DNA from: the human T2T-CHM13v2.0 reference genome, Homo sapiens | Direction: 5' to 3' (one strand) | NCBI RefSeq assembly: GCF_009914755.1 | Contig: NC_060947.1 | DNA: 64,000 bases | Shown: positions 25,785 through 38,815 of the stretch, one piece after another | How positions within the stretch are numbered: the stretch's first letter is position 1 | Layout of the letters: each line of letters begins with the position of its first letter | Notes under the pieces: generated by a model | Database searches by the model: none | The model's input: the letters and a program-made list of their open reading frames with translations, nothing else | What the model was told of the DNA's origin: nothing | Made by a program: the position numbers and the translations under genes

Positions 25785-26495
25785 AACATTATTTTTATTT
25801 ATGATTGGCACATAATAATTGTACATATTTGTGGGATACAATGTGATATTTTGATACATGTATACATTGTTTAATGATCAAATCAGGGTAATTAGCACAT
25901 CCATCACCTTAAATATTTGTCATTTCTTTGTGATGAGAACATTCAAATACTTCTTTTCTAGCTATCTTGAAATATACAATACATTATTGTTAACTATAGT
26001 CAGCCTACTATGCAATAGAACACCAAAACATATTCCACCTATATAATTGTAGCTTTGTACCCATTCACCAAACTCTCCTTATCTACCCCAGGCCCCTACC
26101 CTCCCCATCATCCGGTAACCACTACTGTACTTTCTACTTCTATGTGAACAACTTTTTAAATTTCACATATGAGTGATCTTATGTGGTATTTGTCTTTCTA
26201 TGCCTGGTTTATTTCACTTAATGTCCACCAGGTTTATAAATGTTGCCACAAATGACAAGATTTTATTCCTTATTATGGCTGAATAGTATTCCACTGTGTA
26301 AATATACCACATTTTCTTTATCCTTTCATCTGTTGATGGACATTGAGGTTGATTCCATTATCTTGGCTATTGTGAATAAGGCTGCAATTAACATAGGGGT
26401 GAAAATATCTCTTCAGTATACTGATGGCATTTCCATTGAATTATGCAGAGTAAAAATATATCCAGCAATGAGATTGCCAGATTATATAATAATTC
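25785..26495 (-). mobile_element. L1MA (MA4-9-like) 3' end
   Basis: cataataattgtacatatttgtgggatacaatgtgatattttgatacatg...taatgatcaaatcagggtaattagcacatcc. Confidence 0.85.
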
Positions 26496-26497
26496 AG

Positions 26498-27447
26498 TTT
26501 TTGTTAACTTTTATTTTAGGTTCAGGAGTATGTGCAGGCTTGTTATACAGGTAAATTGCACGTTACGGGGGTTAGGTGTATAGATTATTTCATCACTCAG
26601 ATAATAAGCGTAGTATTCAGTAGGTAGCTTTTCAATCCTCACCCTCCTCCCACCGTCCACTCTCAAGCAGGCCCCAGTATCTATTCTCTTCTTTGTGTCC
26701 ATATGTACTCAATGTTTAGCTTCCACTTATAAGTGAGAACATGTGGTATTTGGTTTTCTGTTCTTGTGTTAGTTTGCTTAGGAAAATGGCCTCCAGCTCC
26801 ATTCATGTTGCTGCAAAGGACATGATCTTGTTCTTTTTTGTGCCTGCATGGTCTTCCATGGTGTATATGTATCCAATTTTCATAATCAAGTCTACTATTG
26901 GTGGGCATTTAGGTTGATTCCATGTCTTTGCTAGTGTGAATATTGCTTCAATAAACATACAAATGCAGATGTCTTTACAGTAGAATGAATTAAACTGCAA
27001 AGCTTCTGCACAGCAAAAGAAACTATCAACAGAGTAGACAACCCACAGGATGGGAAAAAATATTTGCAAACTATGCATATGACAAAGATCTAATATCCAG
27101 AATCTATAAGGAACTTAAACAATTAACAAGCAAAAAAACAACCCCATTAAAAAGTGGGCAAAGGACACAAACAGACACTTTTCATAAGAAGACATACATA
27201 TGGCCAACAAGCATATGAAAAAATGCTCAACATCACTAATCATTTAAGAAATGCAAATGGAAACCACAATGAGATGCCATCTCACACCAGTCCAAATAGT
27301 TATTACCAAAAAATCAAACAATAACAGATGCTGGCAATGTTGTGGAGAAAAGGGAACACTTATACACTGCAGGTGGGAATGTAAATTAGTTCAGCCACTG
27401 CGGAAAGCAGTTTGGAGATTTCTCAAAGAACTTAAAACAGAACTACC
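26498..27447 (-). mobile_element. L1PA13-16-like element with 5' inversion (twin priming)
   Basis: Antisense 3' end at 26498-26988 joined to a sense ORF2 segment at 26988-27447. Confidence 0.88.
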
Positions 27448-27449
27448 TT

Positions 27450-28295
27450 CTTGCTCCCTCTTAGGAGAAAATTCTTAAGTTTGTGTGCTTTCTCTTGATC
27501 CCACAAAGGTCAGGTGCTGACAGCCTCCTGTTTTTTTTTTTCCTTAGAGTGGTGCCCTGAAATGCTCAAGTTCATGCGCCTTCCTCCAGTCCCACGGAGT
27601 CAGGCCAGCTAACCATTCATGCTCTTGAGCTATCCACAGAGGCTGACATTTGCCTTCTGTGGGAGTGTGCATAGGGAGCCAGTCATGGGTTGCAGGAGGT
27701 GAGAAATATAGAGCACTGGAGGTGCCTATGGGTCAATTGGTGGGGAGGTCATCAGGCAGGGAGTCTTCAGCACCTCATGGGCAGGCTTCCTGATGAAGTC
27801 TGTGAAGTGGTTGGTAGGATCTGTGGCCCTTTGTTGACATCAGGTGACATCAGGCCCTAATTTCTGTGAGTCTCTGCCTCTATTCCCTGTTCTCAGCCTC
27901 TCCCAACCACTCAGCTATGCCGATCACGTCAGTATTCTATGTCAGACAAGAAAAAATGTTGCCCTCTTGGGCAGCATCCTGAATGCCTGTGGAAGCTGAG
28001 CACTCACTATGTTCTCACAGTCCAAAGGAATTGTGGACCTGGGGGATCTGTCTGGGCACTGAGGTATGCTGCCTTGAGGGAGAGGTGATGGAAGTAAAGT
28101 GAAACTCTTCTTTTTAACCATCTTCAATGCATGTACTTTCAAATTTTTTGCTCCAATGTTGTGCCGGAACTTCTCCAGTATACAACTGGACTCTCATAAA
28201 GGTGCTGTCATCCATGAGTGGTTATCAACCCTTGTCTATGCTTCTGTGGAAAGATAATAATAAAAACGTCTAGTCTGCCATCTTGCTAATGTGAT
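27450..28295 (-). mobile_element. L1M/L1MA-type 5'UTR fragment
   Basis: Ends tagtctgccatcttgctaatgtga, whose reverse complement (agcaagatggcagacta) is a YY1-type L1 5' start. Confidence 0.65.
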
Positions 28296-28344
28296 TCCTA
28301 TCTAATACATCTATAGTGCTAAATATAAAGAAACATATTGACCC

Positions 28345-28522
28345 ATGTAATAGCACCACACAAAAACTCTGTGGGGTGGGCAGTATTATTATCCCCTTTT
28401 TATAGATGAGGAAACTGAGGCTCAGAGAAGCCCAAGGTCTCATAGCAAGTGAGCCAGCTGGGGTTCAGATTTGAATCCAGGCACTCTGGCTCCCGATGCT
28501 GGGTGTGTTTTTAACCATTTTG
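28345..28522 (-). mobile_element. MIR
   Basis: Core attattatcccctttttatagatgaggaaactgaggctcagagaag...gatttgaatccagg. Confidence 0.9.
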
Positions 28523-29202
28523 TTATACTGTTACAGAATAAATGTGCACACAGTTTGTGATCCATAGTTACTGTTATAGGTAGGAAGAGAAATTGAAAAA
28601 TATGAATAATTAAATAAATGTTAGACAAGTGAAGTAAAAAGTAGCTATAGAAGTTACAAAATGTTTTTCTGTCCTTGTGGTTGTGCACCTCTGGGTCAAG
28701 TGAAGCAAATATAATACCTCTTCTTTCTCCAGAAGAGTCACATGATCATGGCTTACTTTCCATTATAAACTATGTGTACTTTAGAACAAACACATTGCCA
28801 CTGAGTAAAAATTACAGTGTTACTTTAAAAAAGTGAATTATTTCAGAAGTTATACCCACCAAACAAGCTATTTTTAAACAATTAATTTCACAAGAGTACC
28901 AGAAGCCTAAATATACTTTCAAAACAGCCTTCAGACACCAAGCAAATTTATACAAGGCACAGTTTGACAAATCTAACTCTAGCTTTCCATTGTTAGCCTC
29001 AAAGCCAAGTCAATATGAATGCTGGGTGGTAGAAAGCTCAGAGGGCCGCTGCATGTTTGAGCTCTTGCTGGGGCTCTGGATTCTGACCTCTGAACACTGT
29101 GACAAAGTGGAGCCCCACTCTGAAGGGAATGGGCAGCAAAGACATCTGAATTTCCTTCCCTCCACGTGCTGTGCTATCGCCTAATTTTTATCTATCTCTT
29201 AG

Positions 29203-29673
29203 GAGCCAACGACAAATGATTCAGGTGAATCCCAAGTTGTCTCTTTAGGGTTCTTAGAAAATGAGAGGTTTTTATGTCTGAGTACACAGTGAGAGAAAAT
29301 GTAACTGATGTTCATTTTATTTATTTTTATATTTTAAGGGCTTCTAAGCCTAAAGACTTTAAGCATGCTGACCTGCCTGGAGAGCCCTGACCTATGCACA
29401 GCCTTACTTGCAAAATCCTGTGCTGATGATCCAAAGGCATTTCAGATCATAATTCTGGGGTCACCACCACTTGCGGTTATCATAAATACTTTTGAAGCAA
29501 GTGAAGAATAGGAAAGATTAAAAAATCTTTAAGGTATAAATTCTACTGAAGCAAGAAGAGATTGCATCTCATCTGAAGAAAGTCCTATAAACTTCAACCA
29601 CTTAAAACTATATGACAGATACAAAAACAATCTCAAAAAAGGAAGTAGTTCTGTGTGTGACTCAGAGAATAAA
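29203..29673 (+). other. Tentative 22-nt microexon plus terminal exon (unverified)
   Basis: AG/GT signals give 29203-29224 spliced to 29339 onward, open for 64 codons to TAG 29509-29511; AATAAA at 29668. No recognisable homology. Confidence 0.25.
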
Positions 29674-29754
29674 AGATTACAGCATTTAGTCATAAGATAC
29701 TTTGACAGGCGGTTGTTTCAGTGAAAGCACACTGAGTCTTACAGCTTGGACCAG

Positions 29755-30298
29755 TCATCCATTTAATTAGTGTCACTGTTTCCTACTCTTGCCAATACTC
29801 TGTCAAGCACTGAAGATATAGTGAACAAGACACCAGCTCTTCCTTCTTGGAGTTTATAGCTATTGTGGGGACAGGCAGGTAAACAGGCAACTTTAATTCC
29901 CACACTTGGGTTGAATGCATTATGGTACAGTACCACACAGGATGCCAGATGCATCTAGAGTATTCACCTGAAAGATAGAGTAGGAGAAAAAGTAGGGGAA
30001 GGTGGAGGTGCAGGTGGTGGTAGTGAAAGCGAAAAGCATTCCAGGCAGAAGCAGAAGCAACAGGCAGTTGAGAAAGAGCTTTGTGGATTAAAGCAACTGC
30101 TAGTAAGTTCAGTTTGGCTAAAATCTATAGTTGCAGAGGGGGTACTAGGTAAAGATGAGATTGAAGAAATGATCAGGGGTTAGATTCTGAAGGTTTTTTT
30201 AAAACTAGTTGAGGAGATCCACTCTATTCCTAAGGCAGTGTGGAGTCTGGATAGGTATGCCATTGATCTGGTCAGGTTTTATCCTACCCATTTCAGGA
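29755..30298 (-). mobile_element. L2 3' region
   Basis: tgccaatactctgtcaagcactgaagatatagtgaacaagaca...gcattccaggcagaag...ctctattcctaaggcagtg. Confidence 0.8.
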
Positions 30299-30306
30299 GT
30301 AGCTGG

Positions 30307-31594
30307 CAGGACTGGCTTCATGGGCATGTGAGCAGTATAGTTACACAGGACCCTATGCTTAGAAGAGCCCTGATCTGGGAGCTTAATGCTACCTGGTCAC
30401 CATCTTCAAATTCTTAATAATTGTATTTTGGAATTTGTGTTTTGTAAATGATGTCTGAATGGACAACGGGGAATATGCAAGAAGCTTGGAGCCTCAACTC
30501 AAGGAAGGTCTTGCCTCCTGCCCCCAACCTGAGACAGCTTCTCAGCCATATGCTCCCCTGCCCCTGATACCCCATGTCGCACCTTACCTGAGCCCCAACA
30601 GCTGATACTCTTTGTCCCTGTCAAGGGCATGGGTATGAGTGTGGGGAAAGCAGGGTTGTGTGCTTTCACTCTGTGGAATCCCTGGATGGGCATGGCAGTG
30701 GCTGTCCCTGCCCTCAGCCCCAACAGCTGATACTCTTTGTCCCTGACAAGGGCATGGGTATGAGTGTGGGGAAGGCAGGGTTGTGTGCTTTCACTCTGTG
30801 GAATCCCTGGATGGGCATGGCAATGGCTGTCCCTGCCCTTAGACTGGTAGTACCATGTCATATCTGGTAGGCAATTGTGTGTCTTAGTGAGGGCAATCCC
30901 CTTGCCCACCCCTGATCTATGTACTGACTGTGTCCTGGCATGGAGGTTTAAAGATCTGTAGAGGTCATCCATCTGTTGTGGATTGGGGCAGCAGACCATG
31001 GGAAGAATACTTGCTGGAATTCCCCAGGCTCCACTTCTCTGTTGGAGTGTTGGTTAAGCAGCTTGGGGGAGGAGGAACCTGTTGACTATCAGGCCCAAGT
31101 GAGTATACCCCATGTAGCAGGCAGAGGCCCCAGGTGTCTGGGAGAGTCTGCACTTTTCCTATGAGTGTCCCATGTTGAGACTGCTGTCAACTTGCTCTGT
31201 CTTGAGGGATCCTCTTTTTCTCCTTGCAACTTCCTGAACCTGGTTTGTGTCTGTCTCTTCGGGCCAACTCAAAGCACCTTCCACAAAATACAAACTGTGA
31301 AGTTTTGTGATTCTGCATATGGGTTAAATACTCTAATATTTGCAATTCAAACTGATATTACACAATATAAAGAGGAATGGTAAAATTTATGCTAGTAACT
31401 TAAAACCTTTCATTTTTCTTTAATCAGAATGATAGTAAATTACAAATAAAAAAACACTGTGACAAGTCAAGAGAGATGGGTAAGAAAGGAAAAGGCCTCT
31501 GTATACTTTTACTGACACTATTTTCCTTCTTTTAAAACAAGAGGCCCCACATTTTCATTTTGCACTGAGCTAGCAAATTATGCAGGCAGTACTG
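30307..31594. mobile_element. hAT-Tip100 non-autonomous DNA transposon with MER91-type ends (FordPrefect-like)
   Basis: Imperfect 15-bp TIRs caggactggcttcat / atgcaggcagtactg (12/15); perfect 8-bp TSD GTAGCTGG at 30299-30306 and 31595-31602. Confidence 0.85.
30591..30840 (+). repeat. 2 x 125-bp tandem duplication
   Basis: 30591-30715 versus 30716-30840, 4 substitutions. Confidence 0.97.
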
Positions 31595-31690
31595 GTAGCT
31601 GGAAAACACAAATAGACCTATAATAAGTCAGATGGGGAGATGCTAAAATCTGATATCATCTATAGTTCAGGATGACTAATGATTCTAAAG

Positions 31691-31858
31691 CAGTGATTCT
31701 CAAACTTCATCCTCCACTAAAATCACCTAAAAGGCTTAATAGAATACAAATGACAAGGTCCCCAACCTTAGAGTTTCTGATTTGGTAGTTCTGAATGTGA
31801 CTTCACAGATTTAACTAGTTCCCAGGTGATGCTGATGCTTCTGGTCTTATGAACACTT
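31691..31858. mobile_element. MER5A-like MITE
   Basis: cagtgattctcaaactt...agagtttctgatt...ttcccaggtgatgctgatgct. Confidence 0.8.
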
Positions 31859-32213
31859 ATCTAATACTATGCGTGATGGTTTGCACCTGCATAGGAAGAG
31901 CCAGTGCAGGCTTAGATGTAGAGAGATGGTAGTGAAGAATCAAGGAGAGCTCCTTCCTTGAGTGAAGATTGACAGAGATAGAGGGGGACATAGAGGGGAG
32001 AAAGGCACAGAAGATGAACACTATCCACTTTACAATTTTGGCCAGGCTCAGGACCAACCTACTGCTTAACTCTAGGGCCATTTCAACCACCCCTCCCCCA
32101 ATGGAGCAAAGAGAGAAGCCACTGGGGGTGTATAGTTCTATGCTTTACCTGTCCAGATGTAACAGATGTCTAAGATCATGGTTGGGAAGGTAGGTGTGAA
32201 TGTATACAGTTTT

Positions 32214-32802
<589 letters not shown>

Positions 32803-33129
32803 CTAAGATAACCACTAAAATATTGATACTAATTGGTATAAGCACAAAACCAATAGAGGCGATAATGTGAAATAATGCAATATTTAAATAATAATAAAAT
32901 AGTGTGGTAATTGCACAGGGCTAAACCAATGAATTTGTAGACAGCCTAAAGAATACAGAAAGAGATCTCAACATACACTCAAATGTCTTTTCAAAATCAA
33001 TCTTCTGAAATGGTATCATAGGGAGATTAAATACATTATATATGTACATACTTTTCTTAGTTGAAGATAATTAATGGCCTATCCTCTTTACCTTGATTTC
33101 TCTGGTCTTCAATTTTTTATCTTGTGATG

Positions 33130-33605
33130 TGGTTTCTCAAATCTCTTATCATCCCATTTCTTCTTCTGGGCATACTCCATTTCGTCCACATCTTTAAGGG
33201 ACGCTTTCCAGAAGGGAGCACAACACTTCAGGGATGGTCTGATTGTCCTGAAATGGGATGGAATTGTGATAACTTAGGGTTTGTCAGCTAATTTTAGAAG
33301 ATTCTCCCTATCTGTGTACACTGAGCTTAGAGATCATGGAAACCTATGTCATTCCACACTTGATCCTATTCATCCTCTATCCTCATTCTAGAAGTTAGTC
33401 TTATGAACCCAAATTCAAGAACTCTACACAGTTTTTATTACCTTTTCTCCCACTGGATCTGTGCCATAATTTTAGCCTGAATTACTCTTGTGCCCAGAAT
33501 CTGTCATTCCATACATTTGCTAAACCCAACCTACCACATTCTTTGAATTTAATAAGCATGCCTTTCAAGAGTTCATTCCAGAAACATGGGACAGGATAGG
33601 CTCAA
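33130..33605 (-). mobile_element. L3/CR1 LINE fragment
   Basis: ccagaagggagcacaacacttcagggatggtctga...tgaacccaaattcaagaactctaca...aatttaataagcatgccttt resemble the antisense L3 RT region. Confidence 0.55.
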
Positions 33606-33934
33606 AAGTTCAGAGCATGTAGATTCTCTGACAATGAGAATCGTATATTGCAAAGAGTCAGCTAAAGAGAGTCCTTGAAGTCCAGTATAGGTAAAACAAG
33701 TCCTCATCTGCCAAGGTTGCTTGGGTTTCATCCAGCTGGTGATTCATTGAAATAGAGTGGTAAACAAAACAAAGACACCTAGGAGGGAAGAGGCAGCTAA
33801 GGTTTTTCTTTGTGGAAATGCCATTGAGTCCATTCTTGACCTCATCAAGTAATCCACCTCCTCAGTTCTCCTACTCCCTGAATACAAGAAGCCATCTTAA
33901 AGGCAGTTTTACAAGCCTTTAAAAAAGGAAACAT

Positions 33935-34276
33935 TTTCCCTCTCACTCTTTTTTACCTCTGGAAAATTCCTGCTCACTTTTCAAGTACCAATTCAAATAT
34001 CACTTTCTCTCTGTTGTGTCCTTGACTCTCTACCCTCATCCTCTATTTCCACTACAAGGATAAATAATAGTTTGCTCATAGTTGCACACAAACAATAGTT
34101 TGTTCCTCTAACATTATATTCATTCTGATATATTGCAGTCAATGATTTATGCGTATGATTCACTAGTTTGAGTACTTCTCAAGAGCAGAATTTGGGTCTA
34201 ACTTGTCTTTGTTTCCTCAGTAGCTTGCATAGGGCTTGGCCCATAAGAGGTGCTCAGTAAATGTTTATTAAATGAA
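33935..34276 (+). mobile_element. L2 3' end
   Basis: ttcctgctcacttttcaagtaccaattcaaatatcact...aggtgctcagtaaatgtttattaaatgaa, the L2 terminus. Confidence 0.8.
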
Positions 34277-35859
34277 AAAAATACCTTTTGTGCACCTTTC
34301 AAATGAAAGTCTAGTCTAAAGTGGTTTAGACATCTATTACTATACAAATAAGGTAATGTGTCTCCAATACACACAGTTGGCTGCTATTTATGCAGGATTA
34401 GCTGCTATAGAAGTTTTATCCATGACACCATTGGGCACAGAACTAGAAAAATTGAGTTGATTATTTCCTTCAGAAAGAATTGCTGTTAAGGAAATGCTCA
34501 GAGTTTGAACATTACATCCACAAAGTTGCTCTGCCATCCTGATTTTATTGGATCAATCGATCAATTTGTCAGAAAGTAGCTCTGGTGTATCCAGGTGCTC
34601 TGTGAAGTAAACATGAAATATCCCTGAAAGTATGCTACTCCATACCCTTCTGTACGAAGTCATAACATTCTGAAAATTTTTTTACTAATTAACTAAATTT
34701 ATACTATTTTTCAAGTAAATGTTATGCAGCATCCTGTTTGAAACTTTTGTAGAGCCTGGTGTATGATTTTCAATTGAGAATAAATGTATATGTAGTAAAA
34801 TCTTAATAAAGTGGATCCTGTTTAACTATAACAACAAATTAAATTTAGGTAAAAAAGACAAATGAGAAGAAAAAACTAAGATCAGGGGATTTATTTAAGA
34901 AAATAATTTTTAAAAATTTATTTCTTGCAGGAAGTCAGATTAGACTAGAAAGTGCTTTGTAATATTTAAAATTAAGACAACAAAAGCAAATCAAGATCTA
35001 ATTTTCAGGTAATCATGGTTCTTTACAGTGAACTAAAAACATACTACTATGGTTTCTCACCCATGCCACAGTTTTTTAAAAGTGTTTTGAGTGATCAACA
35101 CTTACTTTTAAAAGCTTGGTGATTTGTCTGTTTCCTCTTTTTGTGTCTTTCACACTCATCTCCAGGGTCCCTGAAAGCCTTCTTCCCTGCCACACCATTC
35201 CCAGCTCCATTTTGCACCTCCTAGAACCAATCTTGCATCTAGAGTACATTTAGAAAGCCCAGTGTGCAAATTCTGCTTTCCCTATGTACTTGGCTTTGAT
35301 ACCTGGCCTCTTGCCTAATTGCCATCTCCTTTAGCTCAAGTTGTGAAGCTAAGGTCCCTGTGTTGGTTCTTGCAAAGGAATCTTGCTCAACTCCTCTTGT
35401 AGTCAGAACTCAAGACCCTCCTTGCTTTCTATAGTCCTGTTGAAACCTGATCCCTTAATCTTACCTTGTTGTTGGACCTAGACACTGAATGCTTCTTGCC
35501 TACCTTGTCTTCCTATTAACTGACAAGAGTCCCACGATGTTTCCTGTACTCGTTTAGCCAAATGTCTTTCTGCTGCCTGCTTCTGAGTATTTATAGGTAC
35601 TCTAAGCACCAGTAAGTTATATGAGAAAGAGGAATCTGTACCTCAGTTTTTGGAGGCAATTATTTTAGATGTTATTCTTAACTAAAGTTATGCATTAGAA
35701 TCATCTGGGGAGCTTTTGGAAACACAAATAAACTGGCCTTAACCCATGCTTAAGTTTAAATGTTTTTTGAGATAATTCTCATATTACCTATAGATAGAAT
35801 TATAGAAGGCTATAAACGCCTTTAGGAGCTCATTCTTTGTCCTTTATTCATTTGCCTGC

Positions 35860-35912
35860 CTCCCTTCCTTCCTTCCTTCTTTCCTTCCTTCTCTTCCTTC
35901 TTTTCTTCTTTC
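35860..35912. repeat. CT-rich (CTTC)n low-complexity tract
   Basis: ccttccttccttccttctttccttccttctcttccttc. Confidence 0.85.
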
Positions 35913-36080
35913 CTATCTTCAACTGCTATATGTACAGTGCCTGACATGTAACAGGCACTCAGAAACTGGCTGCTCACTGATTGATCATCAGGGAGATGGC
36001 AGCTGAGTAGATGGATCAAGAATTCTGAATTTACTAAAATGTGGCCCATCTTGATAGAAATGTGACTCCATTTTCTATAA

Positions 36081-36432
36081 CAGCAGTTCTCAAGCTATTT
36101 GGTATTAGGACCCCTTTATATTGATAAAAATTGGACTTCAAAGAGCTTTTGTTTATGTGGACTATATCTATTGATATTTTTCATATTAGAAATTAAAATC
36201 GAGAAAATCTTAAAGCACAAGAATACACAGAAATGCATTCCATTAGCCATCAGAGTGATTATGTCATCGCTCATCATGTAGCCTCCAGAAAATGCCATTG
36301 TACACACATGAGAAAATAAGAGGGAAAAAGGAACATAACATCTTAGTTTTGAAAATAGTTTTTACCTCATCAGTCCCCTGAAAGGGTCTCAGGGACCCCT
36401 GGGATTCCCAGATTACCCTCTGTGAATTCCTG
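36081..36432. mobile_element. Charlie1-type hAT deletion derivative
   Basis: cagcagttctcaagc...ggacccctttata...caaagagcttttgtttatgtgg; near-perfect 8-bp TSD ttctataa / ctctataa. Confidence 0.8.
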
Positions 36433-36859
36433 CTCTATAAAGACAAAAACTGATGGAAGAAATAATCCTTGGAAGAAGGGTGGAAAGTAAAAAGAATGGA
36501 TATGTGTTCCAAAAGCAGGCAAAGCATAGAAATCACATCTAGGAATAAGCCCAAAGGCAGCCTGTGGGTAATATAAGATTGTATGAAAGTATAGGCAGAA
36601 ATTTAAAGTAATTCTATTTGATAGCAAATATTTATAAATCATACCCGAGCATTTGTCCTTGTCTTGTGTATCACTTGTGTTTAAGCAGAAATTCATGTTG
36701 ATATAACAGGTGATGTTTTAAATAAAATAATTTTATGGAGAAAGCATAGAGAGTTGGGTATGCCTTCAAAACCCTTCTCTTCTCTGCGATGCATAAAAAA
36801 TAGCTTAAGCAGGTATAGGTAGAGTCTCTGGACCCATACCTACCTTTCCCTAGTTTAGA

Positions 36860-37002
36860 CCGGTAATTTTCAAACGTGAGCGAACATGAGAATTACCAGG
36901 AACATTTGTTCAAATGCAGAGGTTATGATTCAGAATATCTGCAGTGGGGCCCTCTATTCTACGTGTTTCTGAGCATATGGGAAGACATTTTGAGAAATGG
37001 TG
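36860..37002. mobile_element. MER5-like MITE remnant
   Basis: ttttcaaacgtgagcgaacatgagaattacc...tgattcagaatatctgcagtggggccc...tttgagaaat. Confidence 0.6.
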
Positions 37003-38455
37003 CCTTGTACTAGACAAAGAAAAACTTTATCTGGTGGTGTTACCTGGATGGCTACAGGGAGGTATAATTTGCCTCATGGACTTTTGCCTTGCACACCACT
37101 ACTTAATTTAGGAAGAAAATAATCACATTCTTTGATCACAGAGTTTGGATTGTGGCTTGAAAATACTGGTTTCATCAAGTAAAATGAAATTCTTTCTTTG
37201 GGACATTCTTTGTGTTGAGTACTTCCAGCCAGTATTGAGCTGACATGAGGGAACCAAAACATCGGGACATTTGGTTTTCCTGTCGAGGTGGGAACAGACA
37301 GTGTATGACAGCACATGCTGTTTATTCTACAAGAGAAAGAAGGGAGGAGGGGCTGTTTATTGGCGCCAAGTAACTGAATGCTGAAGAAGGCTGGCATTTG
37401 TGTTAGAAGGGTTGAGACCGCTTTAAACATTGCAATTATATTTGAGTCCAGTTCACCTTATTGTGAAAGATGGCAGTAAACCCAACTCATTCCCTTTTAC
37501 TCACAGCTCCAGAACAAATGCCCCCAGATTTTACTGCCCACCAAAACAGACAGAGGAGGCGATTATGTAGTTCTGGTGGGTGAAGAGTTGCCTAGCAGTT
37601 TGTTCTTTACTGATGAGGTGGGAGGCTTTCTTGCTAGTCACCTTGGGATGTGGCAGACTTCCTCTGTTGACACCCACAGGCTAGGAACATTTTCATGAAA
37701 AAGAACATGATTTTGCATCTGATTCTTTTGAAGGAAGATTAGCAGATAGGAGGATTTTTTTTAATTGCTAGTTTTTCAAGTTGGAGCTCAGCAGGCCAGG
37801 ATGTCTGAGGTCTCATCTGTGACACTGGCCATTGTTTGTGAATGACAGTGGGACATTGTATGTGAAGGCAGCAGGAGTTAACACAAAAGCAGCCTTGGAG
37901 GCTGGGGAGCAGTGGAAAGGACAGATAGAAGAAGCAGGGAGGTACTGGGGAGAGGAGGGAAGCGGAGGAGAAGGCAGGGGAGGGAGCCCAAGGACATCTG
38001 TTCTCACTATGGTGCTCATAACACTCAGAAACTATTGTCCAGCAGATTGTAAATTTCAAAAGCACAGAGCATTTTTATCTACAATCTCTTTGAATAAGAG
38101 TGAATTACCTATTGAAAAGCAGAAAAAACAATGTTCGCTCTTTTGATAATGAAGATTGCAGGTCATATCCCACAGAGAGACTGTAGAGCACAGCTTGGGT
38201 TTTCTGTTTATTGCTCTATCAAGGCTTAGCAGGCATGATTTTTCTCATAACCCCCTTTCCAACTCATTCTGTGAACATGCCACATCAGTGGGGACCAGAG
38301 TCTCTATTTCTTCCCCAATTATAAATGATAACAGTAAAAGTTTTCTTTGATGGATAACTTTTTTCTGGAAATGCCAAGAACCAGTTTATGGGTAGCATTA
38401 GAATGGGTCTACTGGGATGCTCTTCTGTGGTTGTAAAAATGGGAGGATGACCTGG

Positions 38456-38815
38456 TGATACAGTTTGGCTGTGCTTCCACCCAAATGTCATCTTGAATTG
38501 TAGTCCCCATAATCCCCACATGTTGTGGGAGGGACCTCATGGCAAGTAATTAGATTATGAGGGTGGTTCCCCCATGCTGTTCTCATGGTAGTGAGTTCTC
38601 ATGAGATATGACAGTTTTATAAGGGGCTTTTCCCTGCTTTGCTTGGCACTCATTCTCTCTCCTGCTGCCCTGTGAAGAGGTGCCTTCTGCCATGATTGTA
38701 AGGTTCCTGAGGCCTCCCTAGCCATCCAGAACTGTGAGTCAATTAAACCTCTTTCCTTAATAAATTACCCAGTCTCAGGTATGTCTTCATAGCAGCGTGA
38801 GAACAGACTAATACA
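38456..38815 (+). mobile_element. THE1 (C/D-like) 5' LTR
   Basis: tgatacagtttggctgtg...gagaacagactaataca. Confidence 0.93.

Noticed and set aside
30499-30999. 166-aa ORF with an internal repeat
   Set aside because: Product of the GC-rich transposon interior and the 125-bp duplication; 125 is not a multiple of 3, so no protein repeat is preserved.
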